Assembly (NCBI GenBank): GCA_011682695.1
Contig: JAACED010000005.1
Span: 2,488-66,487 of the forward strand
Source of the DNA: Gammaproteobacteria bacterium
Lineage (GTDB): Bacteria > Actinomycetota > Acidimicrobiia > Spongiisociales > UBA4744
Direction of reading: 5' to 3'
DNA length: 64,000 bases
Positions 18,833 to 28,126 of the stretch are shown here, in pieces; within the stretch, counting starts at the first letter, position 1; each line of letters opens with the position of its first letter. A program made the position numbers and the translations under genes. The notes beneath the pieces are model-generated. The model had not been told where the DNA came from. It was given only the letters and a program-made list of their open reading frames with translations, and did no database searches.

Positions 18833-19813
18833 CTACTCTCCCGGAAACGTCAGCCCGATCTGATCTCTGATCCGATCCAGGATGTGCATCACCGCCAGTG
18901 TGTCGTCGAGGCTCATCCGCGGGCTCTCCGTTGCTCCTTCCAGAAGGCAGCGGTGTACTTCTTCGACTTCGAATCGGTAACCCGATCCTTCGTGACTCGT
19001 GTCGATCGTCTCGACGACGCTTCCTCGACGTTCGATGGAGAGCATGGGGGAGTGGTGGAACGGAGCATGGACCCGGACATGTCCGTCGGGTCCGGAAACG
19101 AATGCTTCCATGCTCGAATCTGCCACGAAAGAGGTGCTCAGCGTGGACAAGCCTCCATTGCGATGATGGAGGACGATTCCGGCCTGTTCATCGATTCCTG
19201 CATCGGACATTTCGGCGGTCGCGGTGATGCGATCGGGGGCACCGAGCAGCATCATGGCGAAGGTCACCACGTAGACGCCGAGATCCATGATCGTTCCGCC
19301 GCCGAGTGAGCGGTCGAACAGACGGCCGCTGGGGTGAGGTCCTGCGAGGAATCCGAAGTTGGCCTGGACCGAGCGGACTTCCCCGAGGCGTCGTGAACGT
19401 ACGATGGCCTCGAGGCGGCTGATCGCCGGCTGAAACCGCATCCACATTGCCTCCATCAGAAACACATCTCGCTTTCGGGCGGCGGCGACCATCTCCTCGG
19501 CCTGCCGGTGGTTGAGGGCGAACGGCTTCTCGCAGAGAACCGGCTTTCCGTGTTCGAGGGCCGTCAGTGTGTTCGCGTGATGCAGTTCGTTGGTCGTGGC
19601 GACGTACACGACGTCGACATTCGGATCGCGAGCGACCTCCTCGTATGTGCCGTACCAACCGGGAATGTCGTGGAGATCGGCGAATGCTTTCGCTCGTTCT
19701 CTCGACGAGGAACCGATTGCGACGACTTCTCCGCCCGGTACTTGACGTATGGCCTCGACGAGCGAGGACGCGATGCGCCCTGCTCCCATGATGCCCCATC
19801 TCACATTCTTCAT
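18833..19813 (-). CDS. Gfo/Idh/MocA family oxidoreductase
   Basis: WGIMGAGRIA, VLCEKP, FLMEAMW and GGGTIMDLGVY. Confidence 0.92.
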   Translation of the reverse strand: MKNVRWGIMGAGRIASSLVEAIRQVPGGEVVAIGSSSRERAKAFADLHDIPGWYGTYEEVARDPNVDVVYVATTNELHHANTLTALEHGKPVLCEKPFALNHRQAEEMVAAARKRDVFLMEAMWMRFQPAISRLEAIVRSRRLGEVRSVQANFGFLAGPHPSGRLFDRSLGGGTIMDLGVYVVTFAMMLLGAPDRITATAEMSDAGIDEQAGIVLHHRNGGLSTLSTSFVADSSMEAFVSGPDGHVRVHAPFHHSPMLSIERRGSVVETIDTSHEGSGYRFEVEEVHRCLLEGATESPRMSLDDTLAVMHILDRIRDQIGLTFPGE

Positions 19814-19844
19814 GGCCCCGACATTACCTCGGTACAGTGGGCCC

Positions 19845-20279
19845 ATGAACGACCGGCCTGTCGTCGCGATCTCCGTTCCGCTCTTCGGCGACGAGCGCCG
19901 CAAGAACTGGGCGAAGGTGGTCGAGAGGGTGGATGAGGCCAAGAGTTCCGGCTGGGCGTTCGAGGGCGAGTTCATCGCAACCGGGGGAGTGCAAGACGTC
20001 CCTGTGGGTTCTGTGATCCTCGTGTACGGAGAGCGCGGATCCAGGGCACACCCGCAAGTCGAGGTGGGGGTGTTCACCGTCAACGCGGACGGAACGCTGT
20101 CGCGCCATGCCGGTGCAAAGGGACGGGCATGGGCTCGGACACTGAGAGATGACGTCATCGGGTTGCTCGAAGAGGCCGAAGGAAAACCGATCACACTTCT
20201 TCAGTGGTCGCCCGACCTGATTCGATATGAGGACGACGCTCTGCTCTCGGAGTTGCGCCGACGCGGCAGGGATGTCTGA
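19845..20279 (+). CDS. Hypothetical protein (144 aa)
   Basis: Clean ORF divergent from the Gfo gene; TACAGT box 6 nt before ATG. Confidence 0.7.
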   Translation: MNDRPVVAISVPLFGDERRKNWAKVVERVDEAKSSGWAFEGEFIATGGVQDVPVGSVILVYGERGSRAHPQVEVGVFTVNADGTLSRHAGAKGRAWARTLRDDVIGLLEEAEGKPITLLQWSPDLIRYEDDALLSELRRRGRDV

Positions 20280-20322
20280 GCGCCGGTGATGTGAGACTCC
20301 GGGGCCCGTCGGTAGACTCTCG

Positions 20323-20934
20323 GTGATGAGCGAACTGGCCCAGGCAATTGCCGCATTGCTCGCGATCACGAATCCGGTGGGTGCGCTGCCGGTGTTCATG
20401 AGTATCACCGAGGATTCCGACCGTCAGACACGTCGGCGGTACGCGGCCCTGGCTTCCGGTGTGGTGTTCGCAATCCTGGCTCTTTCGGCGATCGGAGGAC
20501 GATGGATGCTCGAGGCATTCGGGATTTCGATGCCCGCCTTTCAAGCGGCCGGCGGTCTCGTCATCGTCCTCATGGGCCTCGAGATGCTGCAAGGAAGTCC
20601 CACGCGCGTGCAGCATTCGGATCGTCCCATCAGCGAGGAGGACTCGATCCTGGTGCCGTTTGCGATGCCGATGGTTGCCGGTCCCGGGGCGATCACGACT
20701 GTTATCACGTTGACGGCCAAATCGGGGAGTCTCGCAGGTGACCTTACGGTGGTGCTTGCCGTCGCGATCACCGCGTTGATCCTGCTCCTGGTACTTGCTC
20801 TTTCGGCGTCGGCAGGACGATTCATTCGCGGCCGCGGCGGTGTCCTCGTTGTTCGGTTCATGGGCCTGATCCTCGTGGCGATTGGAGCTCAGTACCTCTT
20901 CGACGGTGTCAAGGGGTTCTTCTTCGCCACATGA
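20323..20934 (+). CDS. MarC family membrane protein
   Basis: ITNPVG, FGIS..FQAAGG, VPFAMPMVAGPGAI and RFMGLIL. Confidence 0.92.
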   Translation: MMSELAQAIAALLAITNPVGALPVFMSITEDSDRQTRRRYAALASGVVFAILALSAIGGRWMLEAFGISMPAFQAAGGLVIVLMGLEMLQGSPTRVQHSDRPISEEDSILVPFAMPMVAGPGAITTVITLTAKSGSLAGDLTVVLAVAITALILLLVLALSASAGRFIRGRGGVLVVRFMGLILVAIGAQYLFDGVKGFFFAT

Positions 20935-21020
20935 GAGTCGGCCCGTTCGACGCGCGCCATCTCCGGCCGGCGGTAGGGTTGGGACTGTCGACCCCGTAGG
21001 CTCGGGGCGGGGAGGTGCCG

Positions 21021-21503
21021 ATGAAGAAGCTGTTCAAGATCCTGCTCTGGATGATCACAGTGAGTGCCGCCATAAAAGCGATGGCGGTCGCGCTTACGAA
21101 GATCATCGGTGAGAACACCGACAAGGAAGCCGACGAGTTCAAACTCGTGGCGCTCATGGGCGGCCGCAACTACGAGAGCGTCTCCTCACACCTTCGCTCT
21201 GGTCGGGTGATCGCCGCCATGGGAGGTGTCGACATCGACCTTCGCCAAGCTCATCTCGATCCGGAAGGGGCAAGGCTCAACCTGCGAGTTCTCGCCGGTG
21301 GAGCACGTGTCTTGGTCTGCGAGAGTTGGCGGGTCGAAGTCGACCATCGGGTGATCGGCGGCGCGGCCCAGATCGAGATCCCCGACCCGGAGACACTGCC
21401 CGACGGCGCGCCGATCCTGCACATCGACGCGTTGACGGTCGGTGGAGGACTCGTGATCGCCAACGCCGAGTCGGAATCCCACGTCGTCCGGTCGTCGACG
21501 TAA
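21021..21503 (+). CDS. Hypothetical protein, LiaF-C/DUF2154-like
   Basis: N-terminal hydrophobic helix, MGGVDIDLRQA and repeated GG beta-strand pattern; GGAGG RBS. Confidence 0.65.
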   Translation: MKKLFKILLWMITVSAAIKAMAVALTKIIGENTDKEADEFKLVALMGGRNYESVSSHLRSGRVIAAMGGVDIDLRQAHLDPEGARLNLRVLAGGARVLVCESWRVEVDHRVIGGAAQIEIPDPETLPDGAPILHIDALTVGGGLVIANAESESHVVRSST

Positions 21504-21575
21504 TCGGATTGGCCGGCCGTGTCCGGGCCCCACGCTCTCTGACTACGGTGATGCCGGCGAACGAGGAGGAAGCCA

Positions 21576-22538
21576 GTGCATGCCATTCGTCTTGCGATGC
21601 ATGGAGGTCCTGAGGTCTTGTGCTGGGAGGAGGTTCCCGACCTCCAACCCGGTGACGGTCAGGTTCGCGTTCGGGTCGCAGCTGCGGGCGTGAACTACAT
21701 CGACACGTACCACCGGCGCGGCCTGTATCCGGTGGATCTGCCGTTTGTTCCCGGTCTCGAAGGAGCGGGCGTGGTCGACGCCGTCGGCGGCGGGGTTCGG
21801 CGCTGGAAGGTCGGCGATCGTGTTGCCTGGACTTCGGCCCAGGGGTCCTATGCGGAGCAGACACTCGTTGCAGCCGATCAGGCCGTGGCCGTACCCGAAG
21901 GCATCAATCTGGAGATCGCTGCGGCGGCCATGCTTCAAGGCATGACGGCGCACTACCTCGTTCATGACACCTACCCGCTCCGGCAAGGCGAGTTGTGTCT
22001 CGTTCACGCCGGTGCAGGCGGCGTGGGGAGGCTGCTCATCCAGATGGCTGTGCAGGCAGGGGCACGAGTGTTCGCCACGGCCGGAACCCCGGAGAAGCGA
22101 CAAATCGCCGAGTCCCTCGGTTCCGAGGTCGCCTGCGACTACTCGGAGTTCGTCGATGTCATCGAGGAGGCGGCCGGTCAGAGGCCGCTCCACGTCATCT
22201 ACGACGGTGTCGGCAAGACCACGTTCTTCGATGGCCTCGCCCTGACGCGTATCCGAGGCATGGTCGTTCTCTATGGGCAGTCGTCGGGTCCCGTCGAACC
22301 GCTCGATCTGCAGGAGCTGAACCGCAACGGGTCTCTGTACGTGACACGGCCAAGCTTGTTCCACTACATCGCAACGCCCGGCGAGCTGGAACACAGATCA
22401 GGCGAGGTCTTTCGTGGAATCTTGGACGGATGGCTGGATGTCACCGTCAGCCAACGGTTTGCCATGTCCGATGCGTCGGCGGCACATCTCGCCCTCGAGG
22501 GTCGGCGTACGACGGGAAAGGTCCTGCTGATTCCCTGA
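21576..22538 (+). CDS. qor: NADPH:quinone oxidoreductase (zeta-crystallin type MDR)
   Basis: GVNYIDTY, LQGMTAHYL, HAGAGGVG, YDGVGK, GSLYVTRPSL and TTGKVLL. Confidence 0.93.
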   Translation: MHAIRLAMHGGPEVLCWEEVPDLQPGDGQVRVRVAAAGVNYIDTYHRRGLYPVDLPFVPGLEGAGVVDAVGGGVRRWKVGDRVAWTSAQGSYAEQTLVAADQAVAVPEGINLEIAAAAMLQGMTAHYLVHDTYPLRQGELCLVHAGAGGVGRLLIQMAVQAGARVFATAGTPEKRQIAESLGSEVACDYSEFVDVIEEAAGQRPLHVIYDGVGKTTFFDGLALTRIRGMVVLYGQSSGPVEPLDLQELNRNGSLYVTRPSLFHYIATPGELEHRSGEVFRGILDGWLDVTVSQRFAMSDASAAHLALEGRRTTGKVLLIP

Positions 22539-22568
22539 GAGCATCAGATAGGGCGTAATCTTTCGGGT

Positions 22569-23648
22569 ATGGATCTCGGGCCCGCATGGTCGATCGCTCC
22601 GACCAAGTTCTGGCATGCGATCGACGACGGTCGCATCCAGTGCGATCTGTGTCCTCGCGAGTGCAAGCTGCGGGAGGGACAGCGCGGCCTGTGTTTCACG
22701 CGGGCGAGGCGCGATGACGAAATCGTGCTCACGTCCTATGGTCGATCGACCGGTTTCTGGGTGGATCCGATCGAGAAGAAGCCTCTGAATCACTTTCTGC
22801 CGGGAACCTCGGTGCTGTCGTTTGGGACGGCAGGCTGCAACTTGGCCTGCCGATACTGTCAGAACTGGGACATCTCCAAAGCGCGCGGCGATGACGTCTT
22901 GGCACAGCGCTCGTCGCCGCGAAGGATCGCCGACGAGGCGAAACGGCTCGGCTGCGCCGGCGTTGCGTTCACCTACAACGACCCGGTCATCTTTCACGAG
23001 TACGCGATCGACACGGCAGACGCGGCCCATGGCGCAGGTCTCGAGACCGTCGCCGTGACGGCCGGATACGTCAATCCGGAACCGCGTGCGGAGTTCTTCG
23101 AGGTGATGGACGCCGCCAACGTGGACCTGAAAGCATTCACCGATGAGTTCTATCACCGGTACTGCGCGGGCAGCCTTCAGCCGGTCCTGGACACGCTGCT
23201 GTACGTCCGTCATGAGACCGATGTGTGGTTGGAGATCACCACGCTGTTGATCCCGGGCCTGAACGACTCCGACGCAGAGATCGACGAGATGACGCGCTGG
23301 ATCGCCGACAATCTCGGCCTGGACGTTCCCCATCACTTCACCGCGTTCCATCCGGCATTCAAGATGTTGGATGTGCCGCAAACCCGGTTCGCGGCACTCA
23401 AACGCGCCAGAGAGATCGCCATGGGCAACGGGCTGCAGTACGTCTACACGGGGAACATCCCCGATGAGGAGACCCAGAGCACGTGGTGCCCCACCTGCGG
23501 CACGAAACTGATCGGTCGATCCGGCTACTCGATCACCGCATGGAACATCGATCAAGGGCGCTGTGGATCCTGTGGCTCGGCGGTCCCCGGAGTGTTCGAG
23601 GACCGGCCGGGTTCCTGGGGCCCGAGACGACATCCGGTGGCGTGGTAG
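22569..23648 (+). CDS. amrS: AmmeMemoRadiSam system radical SAM enzyme
   Basis: CDLCPREC, DPIEKKPLNHF, CNLACRYCQNWDIS, FTYNDP and YTGN. Confidence 0.9.
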   Translation: MDLGPAWSIAPTKFWHAIDDGRIQCDLCPRECKLREGQRGLCFTRARRDDEIVLTSYGRSTGFWVDPIEKKPLNHFLPGTSVLSFGTAGCNLACRYCQNWDISKARGDDVLAQRSSPRRIADEAKRLGCAGVAFTYNDPVIFHEYAIDTADAAHGAGLETVAVTAGYVNPEPRAEFFEVMDAANVDLKAFTDEFYHRYCAGSLQPVLDTLLYVRHETDVWLEITTLLIPGLNDSDAEIDEMTRWIADNLGLDVPHHFTAFHPAFKMLDVPQTRFAALKRAREIAMGNGLQYVYTGNIPDEETQSTWCPTCGTKLIGRSGYSITAWNIDQGRCGSCGSAVPGVFEDRPGSWGPRRHPVAW

Positions 23649-23691
23649 GTTCGGTCAGGTTCCGAGGGTCCGACACGGTACGCTGCGGCCC

Positions 23692-24297
23692 ATGATCGAG
23701 ATTCTCGGCTATATCGCTTCATGCCTCGTCGTACTCTCCTTGGCGATGACGTCCGTCGTGCGACTGCGCGTCATCAGCCTGATCGGCGCGGTGCTGTTCG
23801 GCATCTACGCCGTTCTGATCGGTGCCGTTCCCATCGTCCTGGTGAACGCGGCCGTCATCGTCATCAACGTCTATTACCTCTGGAAGGCCTTCACCGACGA
23901 GGAGTACTTCACGATCCTGGAGGTCCGACCGGAGTCGTTGTACGTCGCCGGTCTGGTCGACTTCTACCGTGACGACATCGCACGGTTCCAGCCGTCGTTC
24001 CGGCTCGCGCCGAATTCCGACCAGTTCGCCGTGTTGATTCTGCGGGACATGGTTCCCGCAGGCATCTTCATCGGAGAACCTGAGAGTCCAGGCGTCATGC
24101 GGGTCCTGCTCGACTACGTGACGCCGGCGCACCGGGATCTGAAAGCGGGACGATTCCTCTTCGATCGGAACCCGGACCTCTTCCGAGACCGTGGATACAC
24201 GACGCTGGTGAGTGACGGTGGCAGCGCGTCGCACAACCGGTATCTCGAGCGCATGGGGTTTCGGCTGGAGCGTGGCCGGTACGTACGTGAGTTCTGA
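23692..24297 (+). CDS. Membrane protein (YgjV-like N-terminal TMs, GNAT-like C-terminus)
   Basis: ILGYIAS..SLAMTSVVRLR, LDYVTPAHRD and YLERMGF. Confidence 0.7.
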   Translation: MIEILGYIASCLVVLSLAMTSVVRLRVISLIGAVLFGIYAVLIGAVPIVLVNAAVIVINVYYLWKAFTDEEYFTILEVRPESLYVAGLVDFYRDDIARFQPSFRLAPNSDQFAVLILRDMVPAGIFIGEPESPGVMRVLLDYVTPAHRDLKAGRFLFDRNPDLFRDRGYTTLVSDGGSASHNRYLERMGFRLERGRYVREF

Positions 24298-24789
24298 TCA
24301 AAGGTCGATGATCGTCGGCTGATGCCCGGTCGCTTCGAGGAACTTGAGGAGGTCCGCTGAGGCAATGCTCGTGGTCATCGTGTTGTCCAATGGATGGAAG
24401 TTGAGCGGGTCCAGCGCCATGAGACCGCGGTCGAGGACCACCTGCACGGCGCCCTCGGCATCGTTGAGGACCGCAAATGGCGTGACTGCACCCGGTATGA
24501 CCCCGAGGGTTCGCATGAGTCGGTCGGGGCTTCCGAAGGAGAACCGTCCTGCCCCCAGTCGCCCGGCGAGGTCCTTCAGATCGATCGGACGATCCTCCTT
24601 GGCGACGACGAGCCACATCTTGCCTTTCTTGTTGCGCAGGAAAAGGCTCTTCGAATGGCCTCCTGGCAGGTTGCCGCGTTCGGAGCGAGCCTCCTCGACG
24701 GTGAACACGGCCCCGTGATTGGCGGTTTCGGTCGGGATGCCGAGGTTCTCGAGGAACTGGAAGAGATCATCTGGTGTGGCGGGATGCAT
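24298..24789 (-). CDS. YbaK/ProX-family aminoacyl-tRNA deacylase
   Basis: VFTVEEA, KSLFLRNKKG, LGVIPGAVTPF and NFHPLDN. Confidence 0.88.
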   Translation of the reverse strand: MHPATPDDLFQFLENLGIPTETANHGAVFTVEEARSERGNLPGGHSKSLFLRNKKGKMWLVVAKEDRPIDLKDLAGRLGAGRFSFGSPDRLMRTLGVIPGAVTPFAVLNDAEGAVQVVLDRGLMALDPLNFHPLDNTMTTSIASADLLKFLEATGHQPTIIDL

Positions 24790-24841
24790 GTCGGCATCCT
24801 AGGAGGGACACCGCCGGCGGCGTTCCGATAGGCTGGCACAT

Positions 24842-25438
24842 ATGAAGTATCCCGAACGTCTTCTCAGCAGCGGCGAACGTGTGGAACTCGCGTTCCGTCC
24901 CCATTGGAAACAGCTCATCTGGCCGGTCTTCGTGTCGGTGATCGCCCTCGTCGGCGTCGTCGTCATCGCCGCACTTGCCGAGGGCATGTGGATGTGGGTC
25001 AGTCTTGCCGCCGTGGTCGTAATCTGGCTCGTGCTGTTCACACCCTCGTTTACGCGGTGGTTCTTTACCCACTACATCATCACGAACGAACGCCTGATCG
25101 TTCGCCGCGGCATGCTTGCCCGGCGCGGCAAAGAGATACCGCTCGAGGTGATGAACGACGCGGCCTTCAGCCAGACGGCCTGGGAACGGCTGTTGCGATC
25201 CGGTGACCTCATCATCGAATCGGCGGGAGAGCAAGGCCAGAGTCATTTCAGCGATATTCCCGACCCGGAAGGGATTCAGTCTGAGATCTACCGACTGCGG
25301 GAAGATCGGATGATCGCACTTCAGGGTGGATCCGGACCGGTCGAACATCTCGAGATGCTGGCCAGATTGCACAGGGACGGAGTCCTCAGTGACGAGGAGT
25401 TCGCCGAGAAGAGAAACAAGCTCCTCGGTCAGATCTAG
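24842..25438 (+). CDS. Bacterial PH domain membrane protein with C-terminal SHOCT
   Basis: FRPHW, two TMs, YIITNERLIVRRG, GDLIIESAG and GVLSDEEFAEKRNKLL. Confidence 0.88.
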   Translation: MKYPERLLSSGERVELAFRPHWKQLIWPVFVSVIALVGVVVIAALAEGMWMWVSLAAVVVIWLVLFTPSFTRWFFTHYIITNERLIVRRGMLARRGKEIPLEVMNDAAFSQTAWERLLRSGDLIIESAGEQGQSHFSDIPDPEGIQSEIYRLREDRMIALQGGSGPVEHLEMLARLHRDGVLSDEEFAEKRNKLLGQI

Positions 25439-25599
25439 TGCCTCGACCGGCAACCTTTGCGGCGTTCTACCGGCCAGGAACGCCGCTTGCTGCGTTCTCC
25501 GCCTCGACGCACCTGCCGGTGCGCCTTCGTTGTGCGGCCTTGCCATCGACGTTCCTGCCTCGGCATCGACCCCCCGAACGTTACCGGCCAAGGCACTAG
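25435..25599. mobile_element. MITE-like element (165 bp) with 25-bp imperfect terminal inverted repeats bounded by CTAG
   Basis: Left ctagtgcctcgaccggcaacctttg vs right reverse complement ctagtgccttggccggtaacgttcg (20/25); internal hairpin gcggcgttc..gaacgccgc. Confidence 0.7.
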
Positions 25600-25666
25600 C
25601 GGTTCCGTATCCGACTTTACGTCGGCGTTTCGCGCTCGTAGCGTGTTAGAGGTCATAAGAGGTGAG

Positions 25667-25777
25667 ATGGATCCACGAGAGCCGCAGAGTCAAGTCGTTC
25701 CGATCATTCTCATCGTCCTTACCATCGCAGCAGTCTCCCTCGTCGGGATTGTGCTGTATGTGATCATCACGTCGTAG
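25667..25777 (+). CDS. Small single-TM protein (36 aa)
   Basis: AGAGGTGAG RBS, MDPREPQSQVVPIILIVLTIAAVSLVGIVLYVIITS; ends 12 nt before the next gene. Confidence 0.65.
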   Translation: MDPREPQSQVVPIILIVLTIAAVSLVGIVLYVIITS

Positions 25778-25789
25778 GAGTCTCCCCCC

Positions 25790-26494
25790 ATGCAGGAACT
25801 GTTGAGCGCGTATCTACCGGCCGCAGCATCGGTCATCTCGTTCGTCTTCGCCTCAATGGTGCTTCGTAGGTGGCTGGATCGAAGGCAGCCCTACATGTTG
25901 TTGTGGGGCATCGGATTCCTCATGTACGGCATGGGTGGAGCGATGGAGGCGATCTTCGGCTTCGTCGGCTGGAGTCCGCTCGTGTTTCGATTGTGGTACC
26001 TCTTCGGTGCGATCCTCGTCGCCGCATGGCTCGGTCAGGGTACGGTCTACCTGCTGGTGCATCGGCGCTTTGGGAGAGTGAAACTGGCCGACATTCTGAT
26101 GGTGATCCTGGCGCTGGGTTCGTTGTACGCGCTGGTCAAGGTTGCCGGGGCGCAACTCGACCCGAGCCAGATGCTCGAAGGGGAACTGAGCGGACACGCC
26201 ATCGTCAGCCCCGGTGTCCGTGTACTGACACCGTTCTTCAATCTCTACGGTGTGATCATGCTTGTCGGGGGAGCGATCTACTCGGCGTATTACTTCTGGA
26301 GAACGAGAGCTGCGGCGAACCGGATGGTTGGGAACATCTTCATCGCGATCGGGGCCATGATGCCGGCATTCGGTGGTGCAGCACAGCGCTTTGGCATACC
26401 GGTGGCTTTGTATGTCGGTGAGTTCCTGGGGGCGATCCTGATGTTCATCGGCTACCTGTACTCCTCGCGGTCCCAAACGTCCCGGGTGATGTAG
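25790..26494 (+). CDS. Polytopic membrane protein (~7 TM), unknown function
   Basis: 234-aa hydrophobic ORF with WYLFGAILVAAWLGQGTVYL; AGGAG RBS. Confidence 0.8.
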   Translation: MQELLSAYLPAAASVISFVFASMVLRRWLDRRQPYMLLWGIGFLMYGMGGAMEAIFGFVGWSPLVFRLWYLFGAILVAAWLGQGTVYLLVHRRFGRVKLADILMVILALGSLYALVKVAGAQLDPSQMLEGELSGHAIVSPGVRVLTPFFNLYGVIMLVGGAIYSAYYFWRTRAAANRMVGNIFIAIGAMMPAFGGAAQRFGIPVALYVGEFLGAILMFIGYLYSSRSQTSRVM

Positions 26495-26542
26495 CGGCCA
26501 AGGGCCCCGTTTCGAACTGATGGTTCCCGTGCCCGGGCCGGT

Positions 26543-27073
26543 TCAGGAAGTGCTTTTGACGAAGCGCCGGGCGGCAGAGGACAGATCGGCAATTCCTTCG
26601 AAGAAGCCCGGAATCGAATCGTGGATGAACCGATGCCAGTTCAGCGTGGCGATGATCAGGATGACGACTGGTGGGAGCCACCAACCGTTGATCGACTGCG
26701 AGTACGCCAGCCACATGAACAGGCCGTAGGCGGTCGCCTGGAGCACGGACGAGAGTGAATTGTTCCCCAGTGCGATCCAGCCTCCACCGAGCACAACGAC
26801 GACGAGTAACCCGACTCCCCAGCTCACATAGCCTCCGAGGGCCAGACCGATCATCAGGCCGGCACCGACAAACGTGTCGACTTGGAGATCCCATTGACCG
26901 AGATGTGTGGGCCGCGAAGCGGCACGGGCACTCTTGCCGTCGAAGAAATCGGTCAGCCAGGCCGTGGCGAGAAGTGCGGCGGCAGTCTCGAGCCGACCCT
27001 GTCCAACCATCGCCACCAAGAGCAAGGCGATGAGCGCTCGCAATCCGGTCAGCACATCTGCCAACACCGCCAT
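26543..27073 (-). CDS. CDP-alcohol phosphatidyltransferase family protein
   Basis: ADVLTGLR and TDFFDGKSAR...G..WDLQVD signature. Confidence 0.85.
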   Translation of the reverse strand: MAVLADVLTGLRALIALLLVAMVGQGRLETAAALLATAWLTDFFDGKSARAASRPTHLGQWDLQVDTFVGAGLMIGLALGGYVSWGVGLLVVVVLGGGWIALGNNSLSSVLQATAYGLFMWLAYSQSINGWWLPPVVILIIATLNWHRFIHDSIPGFFEGIADLSSAARRFVKSTS

Positions 27074-27109
27074 ACTTCATTCTGGCAGATCGCCCTGTTC
27101 GCGGTTGGC

Positions 27110-27967
27110 CTAGCTCTCCTGATCTCCGAAGGGGTTCTCCGTGTTCTCTCGTAGGAAACGTTCCACTTCCGAAGCAATCTCTTCACCACTCGGAATCGTT
27201 TGCTGCTCCGCCACCAACTCTTCGAGGCGTTGGAGGTAGGCAACCGCCTCCGGCTTGTCGGCGACGGTCGCGTCGAGTTCCCGGCGCTGTTCCGTCGCAT
27301 CGTCGACGAGGTCACCCAACGGCAGCTCGATGCCGAGGTGCCGGGCGGCACGCTCGATGACGGCGATCGTTCCGGCATGGTACGGTGCCGCCACGTAGTG
27401 CGGAATCTGTGCCCAGAAGCCGACGGCCGGGATTCCTCTGCCAGTGACGGCTTGCTCCACGATGTTCACGGCGGCGCCAGGGACTTTGAGGATGCCTTGC
27501 GGCAGTTGCTCGTCATCGGGAATGAGATTCTTCCGAGAGGCCGTCGTGAGGATCCGCACGGGGCGGGTGTGGGGGACCGCTGCCGGTACGCCTCCGAGAG
27601 AGACCATTTCGACAACGCCAAGTGACTCTGCGATCTCGGCGATCGACGTACTCAGTGCTTTCCATCGAAAATCCGGCTCATTGCCACTCAGGACGAGCAG
27701 GTCGCGTTCGTGTCGGACGTGTGTCAGTGTGATCTCGGGCCAGCGAACCGATTGCATCACTCCTTCGACGAACTCGATGTCGGGACGCGATGAGCGATAG
27801 TCGAACAAGGCGTCGCCGTCGAAGGTCGCCAGCCGCCTGCCGTCGTGTGCGATCGACATCGCCGCCCGGGTACCGACGGAACCTGCGTTCACCCAGCCGT
27901 CGAAGGCAGCGATGAGTGCCGGAGCAACCAGGTCGGGGATGTCGTCGACCAGTTTGTACAGTGCCAT
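27110..27967 (-). CDS. PAC2 (proteasome assembly chaperone-like) family protein
   Basis: AFDGWVNAG, FDYRSSRP, GNEPDFRW, VPHTRP, IPHYV and EVERFLR. Confidence 0.9.
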   Translation of the reverse strand: MALYKLVDDIPDLVAPALIAAFDGWVNAGSVGTRAAMSIAHDGRRLATFDGDALFDYRSSRPDIEFVEGVMQSVRWPEITLTHVRHERDLLVLSGNEPDFRWKALSTSIAEIAESLGVVEMVSLGGVPAAVPHTRPVRILTTASRKNLIPDDEQLPQGILKVPGAAVNIVEQAVTGRGIPAVGFWAQIPHYVAAPYHAGTIAVIERAARHLGIELPLGDLVDDATEQRRELDATVADKPEAVAYLQRLEELVAEQQTIPSGEEIASEVERFLRENTENPFGDQES

Positions 27968-28126
27968 ACGATCCTCAGCGTACTTCAGCGTCCGGCATGT
28001 GCCGCGAATCGGAGAATGGTGGCCGCCCGTACGGCCTTTGCCAGGGTTCGAGGAACCTTGCGTTCCTCGTGGGACGTCTTACTGTGGTACACCGGGCCAG
28101 TTCCGGATGACGATCAGGAGTGGGAC

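Noticed and set aside
22569..23648. amrS without amrA/amrB as a novel system
   Set aside because: The partner genes may lie elsewhere in the genome; this cannot be judged from the window
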